From: a virus
Taxonomy: Duplodnaviria > Heunggongvirae > Uroviricota > Caudoviricetes
IMG/VR virus record: IMGVR_UViG_3300031784_000007
Length of the DNA: 28,969 nt
Direction: 5' to 3' (one strand)
Below, in pieces: positions 8,973 through 17,508 of the stretch. A program made the position numbers and the translations under genes. The notes beneath the pieces were generated by a model. The model was not told the DNA's origin, made no database searches, and saw nothing but the letters and a program-made list of their open reading frames with translations. The first letter of the stretch is position 1. Each line of letters starts with the position of its first letter.

Positions 8973-9229
8973 AGACAATCTATATTAATATCAAAATACA
9001 ATATTAGTCTATCCAATCCTAACAGGTTGGATATTCTTTTTTTTATATCAGACTTGACTATTTGTAAGTTCATTCCCTCTTGATATCTCCAATCCTCAAG
9101 TTTTAAAGATAACCACATACATTTCTGATTCATGTCCTCAAATTCATTTAGTTCAATAATAGAAAATTTATATTTTGGGTTTTCTTGGAAGTCGTGAATA
9201 ATGTCCAACATCAACGTGTTTGTAATCAT
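8969..9229 (-). CDS. Small hypothetical protein
   Basis: ATG at 9229; convergent 4-bp overlap with the upstream gene. Confidence 0.55.
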   Translation of the reverse strand: MITNTLMLDIIHDFQENPKYKFSIIELNEFEDMNQKCMWLSLKLEDWRYQEGMNLQIVKSDIKKRISNLLGLDRLILYFDINIDCL

Positions 9230-9265
9230 GGACAATAGATAAACAAATTAATTTATTGTGTAAAT

Positions 9266-9298
9266 AAAAAATCCCCCACCTTGTTAGATGAGGGATTA
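9266..9298 (-). terminator. Intrinsic terminator
   Basis: AATCCC...GGGATT stem with an A-tract on the left (T-tract on the minus strand), after the 9320..9655 stop. Confidence 0.6.
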
Positions 9299-9319
9299 AT
9301 TAATCTTTAAATAGTGTTA

Positions 9320-9655
9320 TTAAAGTTTGTTTACCTGTGGATGTCTTCCAAGTTCTGCGTGTAATGCTTCAACTGCCTTAATCAAGTTTGTGTACTTAGT
9401 TTTAATTGTTGGATTCTTAGAATAATCTATGTTGTGATAATGTTTTTCAAATTCACCTTTAGCTTTAGCCAAACTATCATATAATTTTTGTGGTACAGGT
9501 TTTTCGGCTTTTGGTTTAGTTTCTTTTTTTGGCTCTTCAGTTGCAGTTGCCTCAGGCATCGGAGACATACCCTGAACACCAACCAATTGGTTTTCGTTAA
9601 CCACTCTATTAATTAGGTCTACTAATTGCGATTCTGATAATCTTACTGTTTTCAT
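9320..9655 (-). CDS. Hypothetical protein with KTVRLSESQLVDLINRVVNE leader
   Basis: 111-aa ORF, TATTTATA at 9668..9675 (minus), Pro/Glu/Lys-rich linker then a helical domain. Confidence 0.8.
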   Translation of the reverse strand: MKTVRLSESQLVDLINRVVNENQLVGVQGMSPMPEATATEEPKKETKPKAEKPVPQKLYDSLAKAKGEFEKHYHNIDYSKNPTIKTKYTNLIKAVEALHAELGRHPQVNKL

Positions 9656-9683
9656 AATTCTTTTCTATATAAATATAACAATT

Positions 9684-10667
9684 TTATTTGTTTTTCATTC
9701 TTGATAATTTTTTTATTAATTTTTCTAATTCAAGTTTCTTTAGTTCCAATCTTTCAATTTCGTTTTCTTTATTGGTACCGTAAGAAAAATGTTGTTTTAC
9801 TTTTTTAATTTGTGGTGAACCAGTATCTTTTTTAATTCCAAAATCAAAATTTGTAATCATTGGTTCCTCATAAAATCTAGAGTATGCGATGCCATCTTTA
9901 ACAATTCTATTTTTTTCATTTGCAAAGATTATAAACTGTTCATCATCAACAAACATAATTACTTGAACGTTTGCCGGTTTGTATTGTGTTGGGTTGTATG
10001 AACTTGACTTGATTTTATAATACACCGTTCCTTCAGGGTCCGTCCATCTTCTTGACATCTTTGTATCAAATGGTTTTACTTGTGTAGAAAAAGATGCGCC
10101 ATTAGGAAGTGTAACAATAAGGTCCTTACCTTTAGAGAAATCTTCTTCAGCACCTGAACAAAATTTTTGTAATGTTATGTTTGGTAACTTATCACTTAAG
10201 ATTTTAATGGCTTGTCTTTCACGGGCTTCACCTTTTAAGAAGGTTTGTAAATTGACTCTAACTAATTCATTAATGTATCTACCATTTGGTGTAAATAAGT
10301 CTTCTGCGTTATTTTTAACCCAAGTGTATAAATTATTTTCATCACCTGATTGTGCATGTAATTCTTTTATCTTGTTGTGAACCAATGAGTTTGTATCAAA
10401 TCTATTAATAATTGACCAATTGTATTTTTCTTCACCAGGATGTGCTAATTCTTTTGGACCAATGACACCTTCTTTGGTTTGACATACATCACTAAATTCA
10501 GGATATACCGATTGTACTGTTGACCATTGTGTTCCTGTCGGAATATTATAACCATTACCCGTATATATGTCTCTTAGTAACGGTCTGATAGTCCTCATCA
10601 TTTCTGTATCGAAACGATAATTATTCTCAAGTATAATTTCTTTTAAAGAATCCAAAAATTTCATCAT
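9684..10667 (-). CDS. Leader-bearing protein with putative PD-(D/E)xK nuclease-like domain and C-terminal coiled coil
   Basis: KGEARE..A...L...EED..KGKDL.....G..FSTQVKP matches the E...D..G.D...QxK restriction-endonuclease-like pattern. Start moved to MMKFLDS. Confidence 0.55.
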   Translation of the reverse strand: MMKFLDSLKEIILENNYRFDTEMMRTIRPLLRDIYTGNGYNIPTGTQWSTVQSVYPEFSDVCQTKEGVIGPKELAHPGEEKYNWSIINRFDTNSLVHNKIKELHAQSGDENNLYTWVKNNAEDLFTPNGRYINELVRVNLQTFLKGEARERQAIKILSDKLPNITLQKFCSGAEEDFSKGKDLIVTLPNGASFSTQVKPFDTKMSRRWTDPEGTVYYKIKSSSYNPTQYKPANVQVIMFVDDEQFIIFANEKNRIVKDGIAYSRFYEEPMITNFDFGIKKDTGSPQIKKVKQHFSYGTNKENEIERLELKKLELEKLIKKLSRMKNK

Positions 10668-10733
10668 ATATAAATACTTCAAACTTTTTTTTAATTCTTT
10701 GGTTTTTTTACCAGAGGTTTGATAATTATTATC

Positions 10734-10787
10734 TTATTATAATATAATATATATTAATATTATTATATATAATATATTTTTATATAA
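10734..10787. other. 54-bp tract with no G or C in a divergent intergenic region
   Basis: ttattataatataatatatattaatattattatatataatatatttttatataa contains only A/T. Confidence 0.9.
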
Positions 10788-10842
10788 CTTATATCTAGAA
10801 CTTATATGGATTTTTTGGTAAAGTTTTTGTATCATTTACTTG

Positions 10843-11106
10843 ATGTCTATTCTACTTTTAACCTTCGTCCAAGTACTTACCATCATTTCAGTATATGAGC
10901 TCGTCAGATGGTCTGTAATGAGTTTATTTGATACATTTTTCTATGATATCACTATTAAAGAAAAACCTGTGAAGGTTAAAACTTGGAAAGACATGACACT
11001 TGACCATTATAGAAAACAAATCAAGAAAAATCAAAACGAACTTTATATGGAACAAAAAACCCCTTCGGGTTGGAAGGGGTTCAAGTGGTTACACAAAATA
11101 TTCTAA
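10843..11106 (+). CDS. Small membrane protein
   Basis: Hydrophobic N-terminus SILLLTFVQVLTIISVYELV; basic C-terminus. Confidence 0.65.
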   Translation: MSILLLTFVQVLTIISVYELVRWSVMSLFDTFFYDITIKEKPVKVKTWKDMTLDHYRKQIKKNQNELYMEQKTPSGWKGFKWLHKIF

Positions 11107-11607
11107 GTCGTCATCTCCGTCATTATCCTCATCGTCTCCGCTTCTATACAAGTCCAATAACTGTTCTCCATACACATCCTTTATGTAGTCAATCAAATCT
11201 TCCTCTATTGCAGTTCCAGCATAGTCAGAAATTAAATAATAAATAATGTTATCAGCATATTCAAACTCATCTGAAAAATCAGATGCGTATGTCGTGTTTA
11301 AAATTTCTTCAAATTTTTCAGATTGAATTAAAGAATCACCAATATCATCAATACTTTCATCTTCATCCATCATTTCATGGATTGTCACACCACCAACAGG
11401 TACAGGTGCAAAACTTTTATCTGTCATTTGTGATGGACCGTGTTTTTTTGCAATTTCTTTTAAAATCCTATCCAAAACCATCATACCACGTTCAGGACCA
11501 AATTCTTTAAAATATTTATTAATTGCTTTGTATAAAGACAATTCCGGTTTATGTTCATCCTCCATTAAGGTGATATTTTTTCTAATTGATTCTTTAATTG
11601 ATTTCAT
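11089..11607 (-). CDS. Leader-bearing protein with C-terminal acidic helical module
   Basis: MKSIKESIRKNITLME leader. C-terminal DFSDEFEYADNII...IDYIKDVYGEQLLDLY resembles modules in 13715..14899, 17497..18432 and 27026..27295. Confidence 0.8.
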   Translation of the reverse strand: MKSIKESIRKNITLMEDEHKPELSLYKAINKYFKEFGPERGMMVLDRILKEIAKKHGPSQMTDKSFAPVPVGGVTIHEMMDEDESIDDIGDSLIQSEKFEEILNTTYASDFSDEFEYADNIIYYLISDYAGTAIEEDLIDYIKDVYGEQLLDLYRSGDDEDNDGDDDLEYFV

Positions 11608-11645
11608 GATTTGTTTTTTATGATAAATATAAGTATCTTTGTCTT

Positions 11646-11816
11646 ATGTACGAATTAATATGTTTTGGTTGGTCATTTTGTTTCTTCAGACTGTTAACCT
11701 TAAAAAAAATGCCTGCGATTACTTTTGGGGATGAAATAAAGATGTTATTTGCTTATGGTATTTGGTATTCTATCATATCAATAATTTTTCTACTAATTTC
11801 GTATTTGTTGAAGTAA
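11646..11816 (+). CDS. 56-aa two-helix membrane protein (not in ORF track)
   Basis: MYELICFGWSFCFFRLLTLKKMPAITFGDEIKMLFAYGIWYSIISIIFLLISYLLK; ATG 4 bp after TATCTTTG (11634..11641); fills the gap exactly. Confidence 0.6.
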   Translation: MYELICFGWSFCFFRLLTLKKMPAITFGDEIKMLFAYGIWYSIISIIFLLISYLLK

Positions 11817-11853
11817 TACCAAATCACAAGTCACTTATATTTATCAATACATC

Positions 11854-13023
11854 ATGCGTGATTTAATTAAAAAAATACTTAGAGAAGAAGTTGGGGTACC
11901 ACGTGGGATTGTGGATTCTGCACAAAGGTTATATAACGATATTATATCAAGATTAAAAAGAAAAACTATAACAGGTAATTCTAACTTTATTTTAACTTTT
12001 AAAAATGTAAATGGGAAATATTCGTTTTCTGATTTCCAAGATTTTGAAAGTATAAAAGTTGAATTTGAATTTAAAGAGTATTCTGAAACTGATATGCACA
12101 AAGGGATATTAATTTTAGGTATGGGTCACAACGGTCAATCACGATTAGATGATGGATTTGAACTAATCAATCTTGACACGGATAATATAAACCTTTCGAT
12201 AGATTTAGCAATTCCAGAAACAATTAATGAAATTGACAATAAAATTATTATTAAAACTCTTGAGGATAATAAACAAATGATTGTTTCTTCATTGTCACAT
12301 GAATTAAAACATGCTTATGACGGTTTTAAAAAACCAAGTGAAGGTTTAAAACAAAGGTCACAATATAACGTATATTCAGGTACTCGTTTTGGTATTGAAG
12401 AAATTGATGAATTTGTATACTTCCTTTATTTTATTACCGTAATAGAAAATTTGGTAAGACCCTCTGAAATTTATAGTTTAATGCAACAGGGTGAAATTTC
12501 CCAAAAAGATTTTTTAAATTTTATATCAAGTAACAGAACGTATTCAACACTTAAAAAAATAAATGAATTTAGTATTGATAAGTTGATAGAATCTTTAAAA
12601 CAAAAACCTGAACAAGTTGATAATTTACTATCAAATGTTGAAGATTATGAAATGCCGGATTCAGTAGATGAAAAAATAAATGATTTATTAAAAGTTATTT
12701 ATTTGGAATTACAGAAAAAAACATTACAGAGAGCTCACTCAATGTTAACAAACAATTTCTTTGAGGCTATGTTTGGTTTGTCAGATGAAAAAATGAAGTT
12801 TTTAAATTCCTTTGAAAGTGAAATTTTAAAATTTAAAAATAATCCATTGAGATATTTTGAATTCCAAGAAAAAAAGTTTAAATTTGTAAGTGAAAAGATG
12901 ATGAAACGATTGTCAAAACTATATTCTTTGGCTAAGCCAAACCCTATTAAATTGGTTAACAAAGACCCAATGACATTTGAGATGAGAATGTTGGAGTCTA
13001 AACCAAGAAATATAAAATCTTAA
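11854..13023 (+). CDS. Putative zinc metallopeptidase (HExxH) with leader
   Basis: SSLSHELKHAYD with downstream IENLVRPSE as candidate third ligand. Leader MRDLIKKILREE; TATTTAT at 11838..11844. Confidence 0.6.
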   Translation: MRDLIKKILREEVGVPRGIVDSAQRLYNDIISRLKRKTITGNSNFILTFKNVNGKYSFSDFQDFESIKVEFEFKEYSETDMHKGILILGMGHNGQSRLDDGFELINLDTDNINLSIDLAIPETINEIDNKIIIKTLEDNKQMIVSSLSHELKHAYDGFKKPSEGLKQRSQYNVYSGTRFGIEEIDEFVYFLYFITVIENLVRPSEIYSLMQQGEISQKDFLNFISSNRTYSTLKKINEFSIDKLIESLKQKPEQVDNLLSNVEDYEMPDSVDEKINDLLKVIYLELQKKTLQRAHSMLTNNFFEAMFGLSDEKMKFLNSFESEILKFKNNPLRYFEFQEKKFKFVSEKMMKRLSKLYSLAKPNPIKLVNKDPMTFEMRMLESKPRNIKS

Positions 13024-13033
13024 TATAAAAATT

Positions 13034-13483
13034 GTGGACATAATTAGTGATTTATCACGAATACGAACTATTTTATCAGAAAACAAAAAAGAAAATTCTG
13101 ATGAAAAAGAAGTTTTAATAGATTTATTAACTTTTTTAATTCCTGACCATAGTGTTTACAGTCCTAATGTGGTTTATTTGGATAGGAATTCGGATGATTA
13201 TCAAAAATTTTACATGCAATACAGTGTAAATAGAGAACATACTATTTTAGAAAAAGAAGAATCTTACGATGATGATGACGTATTAAGTACTGAATATAAA
13301 GGTACGGTCTATCTAACAATAGAAAAACTCAACATTCTTGACGAATATAATAATATTTTGGTTGAAGATGCTGACTGGTACGATGTACCTGAATATGTTT
13401 TTGAAGAATTTGAAGGTGAATTGGGTGTTTTGTGTCACAGATATGGTCTAAATGTAGATTTTGACTATATTGTAGAAGATTAA
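13034..13483 (+). CDS. Leader-bearing acidic protein (TEYxGT module)
   Basis: GTG start. TEYKGTVYLTIEKL...DVPEYVFEE...VDFDY aligns with TEYEGTIYIIVDRL...DIPEYIWDD...VDFDI in 13715..14899. Confidence 0.75.
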   Translation: MDIISDLSRIRTILSENKKENSDEKEVLIDLLTFLIPDHSVYSPNVVYLDRNSDDYQKFYMQYSVNREHTILEKEESYDDDDVLSTEYKGTVYLTIEKLNILDEYNNILVEDADWYDVPEYVFEEFEGELGVLCHRYGLNVDFDYIVED

Positions 13484-13491
13484 ATGAGGTT

Positions 13492-13677
13492 TTATTTCAT
13501 TAATCTGTTAATATCCTGCATAATTAACTGTTGTTTTGATTGAAGTACTTTAATATTTCTTTCCTGCTCTTCAGTAAGATTCACTTGTGTAATCTTAATA
13601 TCCGCAATTTTGTTTCTTAGAACGTCAAATTGTGACATTAAATAATTATATCTTTGGGCTTTTTGTTCGTTGTTCAT
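13492..13677 (-). CDS. 61-aa coiled-coil protein
   Basis: Heptad-like helical sequence; TATTTA-like motif directly upstream on the minus strand. Confidence 0.65.
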   Translation of the reverse strand: MNNEQKAQRYNYLMSQFDVLRNKIADIKITQVNLTEEQERNIKVLQSKQQLIMQDINRLMK

Positions 13678-13714
13678 AATATAAATGTAGTTTTATTAAT
13701 TTAAAAGTATAGGT

Positions 13715-14899
13715 TTAATCATTATTTTCACAAATTGCTTGGTATTCATCCATTAAAACTTCCCCATATTTGTAAAATAACTCATCATATAAGCTTTCAA
13801 TATACTCTTCTGATGTTGGTTCAATAATTTCTTGTGAAACCGCTCTTGATATTGTGTAATTGATTATAGCTTCAGCAAAGTCCAAATCATCGTCAAAGAA
13901 GTCACAGTTGCCTTTATAATCATCAATAACATCAAATAATAGGTCCGATAAACCATCAGGTAATACTGATTCATTTAAAACAGATTCATTCATATATTCA
14001 CCGGTATACATATAAATATCAAAATCAACATCGGTATCAAAATATTTTTTTACTTGCCCCCAAATTGTTTCTTTTAAATCATCCCAAATATATTCAGGTA
14101 TATCATCATATCCATACATTCTCTCCCAAGTATCTTCATCCTTTAAACCAACTAATAATCTATCAACAATTATATAAATGGTACCCTCATATTCAGTACG
14201 AAATCCTTGATAGAACGCCATATTCTCTGATTTAGATTTCCAAACAACACTTTTTTCTACATGATATTCTATGGACACATCTAACGTTACTTCATCATAA
14301 GTGTTATTATATTCTGTGTTGTATTCACCAAAATTATGATTAATAAATTCAGTAATCATTTCACCAACATCATTTTGTTTCTCAGATTCTTTTAATGTAT
14401 CAGAGTTTGTAACATCAGGTGTTTGATTGTTTAAAAATTTATTTTGACTATACTCAATAAATTCATTTAACATCATAGATAATTTACTGTATAAATTTTC
14501 TCTGTCAAATTTATTTGCGATTAATTTAGAATTAATAGGGTTATTTTTGTCATCATAAATAATAAGTCCTGATGGTGATTGAAATCTACCACCCAAATAA
14601 TTCATATTCGGTTTGTTTAAATATAAACCAAATTTCGTGCTACCAATTTTTTCAGATAAACCATTATCTTTAATTATTAGATAACCTAAACTACCTGTGG
14701 TGTTATGTTTATTAAACCATTCCTGACCTTCTTCATCACGTCCGGTTGTACACCACTTAGTACCTGAACCATATTTACAAGATGCATCGTGTGTTAAAGG
14801 TATAACCAATAAAAAATTATCATCTTCATATAATTTTTCATATTCATCAGTACCAACCTTAAATTTTTCGTTGATGGTTTGTAATTTTATTGGTTTCAT
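13715..14899 (-). CDS. Three-module protein: WCT-motif domain, TEYxGT module, acidic helical module
   Basis: Each module has a stand-alone paralog in this window. Modules are joined by TLKES and MNESVLNES linkers. Confidence 0.8.
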   Translation of the reverse strand: MKPIKLQTINEKFKVGTDEYEKLYEDDNFLLVIPLTHDASCKYGSGTKWCTTGRDEEGQEWFNKHNTTGSLGYLIIKDNGLSEKIGSTKFGLYLNKPNMNYLGGRFQSPSGLIIYDDKNNPINSKLIANKFDRENLYSKLSMMLNEFIEYSQNKFLNNQTPDVTNSDTLKESEKQNDVGEMITEFINHNFGEYNTEYNNTYDEVTLDVSIEYHVEKSVVWKSKSENMAFYQGFRTEYEGTIYIIVDRLLVGLKDEDTWERMYGYDDIPEYIWDDLKETIWGQVKKYFDTDVDFDIYMYTGEYMNESVLNESVLPDGLSDLLFDVIDDYKGNCDFFDDDLDFAEAIINYTISRAVSQEIIEPTSEEYIESLYDELFYKYGEVLMDEYQAICENND

Positions 14900-14940
14900 T
14901 AATCATAAATACCTACCGTATATAAAAGATAAGTTTTAAA

Positions 14941-15468
14941 TTAATAATTAACACTAATACTTGGGTGTAAATTAAATTCTTTAGTGAGCATTTCTCTTAT
15001 ATTACTGGTTATAACGTATTTACGAATATTATGTCTTGAACGAGTTTTAAAAGTAATTTTAATTCTTGGATATAAATCGTCATCTCCTCGTTTAAATGAA
15101 ATACCATGAATTGAACCATCGCCAATTTCACGAATACGTGGTTTTATTATTTTTTCAAGAACTTTTTTATTCCAAATTTTTTCATCATCAGATTCAAAAA
15201 ATACTCTAGAAAACACACTTTGATTTTCTTTTAAAAAACCATAGTTTATGATATCTTTTTTAATCTTATAAAAATGTGATTTAATATCGTTTGAATTTAT
15301 ATAAAAATTATTTGTGATTAATTTTTCGTAATTAAATTTTACATGAAAATAAATTGTTATATATCTTTCACTATATGTTAATTGATAATCAAATTTTATA
15401 TTATCTGAAAACATGTTAGAGTCACTAAACCTATTTATAAAATCGTATATTAATTCTTGGTCAGCCAT
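14941..15468 (-). CDS. Hypothetical protein
   Basis: 175-aa ORF; TATCTTTG on the minus strand at 15476..15483. Confidence 0.7.
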   Translation of the reverse strand: MADQELIYDFINRFSDSNMFSDNIKFDYQLTYSERYITIYFHVKFNYEKLITNNFYINSNDIKSHFYKIKKDIINYGFLKENQSVFSRVFFESDDEKIWNKKVLEKIIKPRIREIGDGSIHGISFKRGDDDLYPRIKITFKTRSRHNIRKYVITSNIREMLTKEFNLHPSISVNY

Positions 15469-15475
15469 AACAATA

Positions 15476-15524
15476 CAAAGATACTAAAATCATTTGAATA
15501 TGCAAAAAATAATTACTAACTTTG
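15476..15524. promoter_or_regulatory. Divergent pair of Bacteroidota-type primary-sigma promoters
   Basis: Minus strand TATCTTTG (15476..15483). Plus strand TTTG(15493..15496)-20 bp-TAACTTTG(15517..15524), matching the established Bacteroidota TTTG/TAnnTTTG consensus. Confidence 0.75.
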
Positions 15525-15528
15525 TAAT

Positions 15529-17508
15529 ATGGATTCTACTTATGAAATGGTAAAAGAACTTATTGACTTTAATTCTGAGGGAGTTGACACGTATAACCAC
15601 AATGGAAGTACGTGGTTAATTTTTACTGACCAAAAAAAATGGGTCATAGAATTAACAAAAGAAAAAACTCTTTGGTATAACTATTATTTTTTTACAGGTG
15701 TTTTCAAATACCTTTCTTTAGATGTTGTTGAAAATCAACATTATATAACCAAATGGGTTGAAGATAACGTAATAAATGGGGCGAAATACACCGGAGGATT
15801 AAGAATCAAGGACCAATCTTTGGTTGAAGACACCATAGGAAATGGGGTTAAATACACCATTGATATTGAAGATACCATAGAAAATGGGGTGAAACACACC
15901 ATAGACACCACACATCATAAAAACAAATATGTTGAAGACACCATACAAAATGGGGTGAAAGAAACCAAAGGGGAGTATTATAAAGAAATTCAAAAAGTTG
16001 AATACACCATTCAAAATGGGGTAAAAGACACCATAGTCACCTACAACAACTTCAATTCCCAAGTTGAAAACACCATACAAACTGGGGTGAAATGTACCAT
16101 CCCCCAAAATAATAAAAGTCATGAATACGTTGAACACGCCATACAAAATGGGGTGAAACGCACTATTGCCGATGACATAAGAAGGGGTTGGCCGATTATT
16201 GAAGATACCATACAAAATGGGGTGAAAAAAACGAAACGCAGTTATGAGGGTTCAAGAAAACAGAGAACAAAAGACACCATAGAAAATGGGGTGAAACACA
16301 CTTCTAACCGTAGGCTGGTTGTATCTAAAGATATTGAAGACACCATTCAAAATGGTGTTAAACGCACCTTACAAAAGAATATCAATCGTATTGGGCAAGT
16401 TGAAGACGCCATACAAAATGGGGTGAAATACACACATCCAATGGGTAAAGATAAAGAATCAATTGTTAGTAATGATTTTGGTATGAACGAAGCCATTCAA
16501 AATGGGGTGAAACATACACAAGGTAGTATTTTTGCTAACCCAACAACAGTTAAAGACACCATACAAAATGGGGTGAAAGTTACCTACTCAGATAAGATTC
16601 CTCATGAATATGATTGGTCTAACCAATTTACGGAAGAAATTGACGACATTATTCAAAATGGGGTTAAACACACCGAAAAATCTCTACAAATTGATGGTTC
16701 TTGTGTTATTGAAGATGTTATAAAGGAGGGGGTGAAACATACTGAGTATGGTGATTGGTTAGATGGTGATGAGAGATTGGATGATATTATTGACAATGGT
16801 GTAAAAGAAACAACACCTGGTGGTTATTTGGGTTCCGTTGAAATGAAGGGTAAGACAGTTCATCAGTTTGAACATTCAAAACAAGATGATGATGTTAAGG
16901 ATGTTATTAAAAATGGTATTAAACATACTGAAATTTCTTGGAGTAATTTTGACAGAGTTGACGATGTCTTGGAAAAAAGTATCAAAAAAACTGAGGCGGC
17001 TGCTTTGTTTGACGAATCAAAAATAGATACGGTCATCAGTGAGGGTATTAAAGAAACTCATGATGATGTTATGCCTCATACAGGTAGGGTTGAGGGTGTA
17101 ATTAAAAATGGTGTAAAGAAAACCGTAGACGCTTTATCATCAAGATTACCAAACCCTGTTAAAGATGTTATTAAAAATGGTGTTAAAATATGTATACCCT
17201 CACGTACTCCACTATACAACCCAATGGATTTTTCTGTTCAATATCGTGAAAACCATAGATTAGATGATGTTGCAAGTGTTTTGGAAAAAGGTATTAAAGA
17301 AGTACAACCATTACCCTCTCAAGAAGGTAATATGGATTGGGGTAACTACTATCACAAACAAGAAGATAGAACCAAACCTCACACGAAATATGTTGATGAT
17401 GTAATAACCAATGGTATCAAAAAAACAAAGGCAATGGATGAATGGGTTAATACTGACCGTATTGTGGATGGTGTTATAAGTAAGGGGGTTAAAAAATCAC
17501 CAATTTAA
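15529..17508 (+). CDS. 659-aa repeat protein: N-terminal globular module plus 24 [VI]EDTIQNGVKxT repeats with unique inserts
   Basis: Uninterrupted ORF; all inserts keep frame; repeats show synonymous and conservative changes. Confidence 0.85.
   Translation: MDSTYEMVKELIDFNSEGVDTYNHNGSTWLIFTDQKKWVIELTKEKTLWYNYYFFTGVFKYLSLDVVENQHYITKWVEDNVINGAKYTGGLRIKDQSLVEDTIGNGVKYTIDIEDTIENGVKHTIDTTHHKNKYVEDTIQNGVKETKGEYYKEIQKVEYTIQNGVKDTIVTYNNFNSQVENTIQTGVKCTIPQNNKSHEYVEHAIQNGVKRTIADDIRRGWPIIEDTIQNGVKKTKRSYEGSRKQRTKDTIENGVKHTSNRRLVVSKDIEDTIQNGVKRTLQKNINRIGQVEDAIQNGVKYTHPMGKDKESIVSNDFGMNEAIQNGVKHTQGSIFANPTTVKDTIQNGVKVTYSDKIPHEYDWSNQFTEEIDDIIQNGVKHTEKSLQIDGSCVIEDVIKEGVKHTEYGDWLDGDERLDDIIDNGVKETTPGGYLGSVEMKGKTVHQFEHSKQDDDVKDVIKNGIKHTEISWSNFDRVDDVLEKSIKKTEAAALFDESKIDTVISEGIKETHDDVMPHTGRVEGVIKNGVKKTVDALSSRLPNPVKDVIKNGVKICIPSRTPLYNPMDFSVQYRENHRLDDVASVLEKGIKEVQPLPSQEGNMDWGNYYHKQEDRTKPHTKYVDDVITNGIKKTKAMDEWVNTDRIVDGVISKGVKKSPI
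15757..17499 (+). repeat. Array of 24 imperfect 36-bp direct repeats (consensus GTTGAAGACACCATACAAAATGGGGTGAAACACACC) with unique spacers, mostly 30-33 bp
   Basis: Copies start at 15757, 15823, 15865, 15931, 15997, 16063, 16129, 16198, 16267, 16333, 16399, 16483, 16549, 16639 and continue, increasingly degenerate, to 17464. Confidence 0.92.

Noticed and set aside
15799-16215. 138-aa minus-strand ORF over the repeat array
   Set aside because: Shadow frame: it stays open because the reverse complement of the repeat has no stop; no promoter or plausible start context.
15757-17499. Calling this a canonical CRISPR array
   Set aside because: Repeats differ at several positions per copy, all spacers are multiples of 3 without stops, the 3' copies vary like protein sequence, and no cas gene is in the window. 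Kept as a repeat and a finding only.
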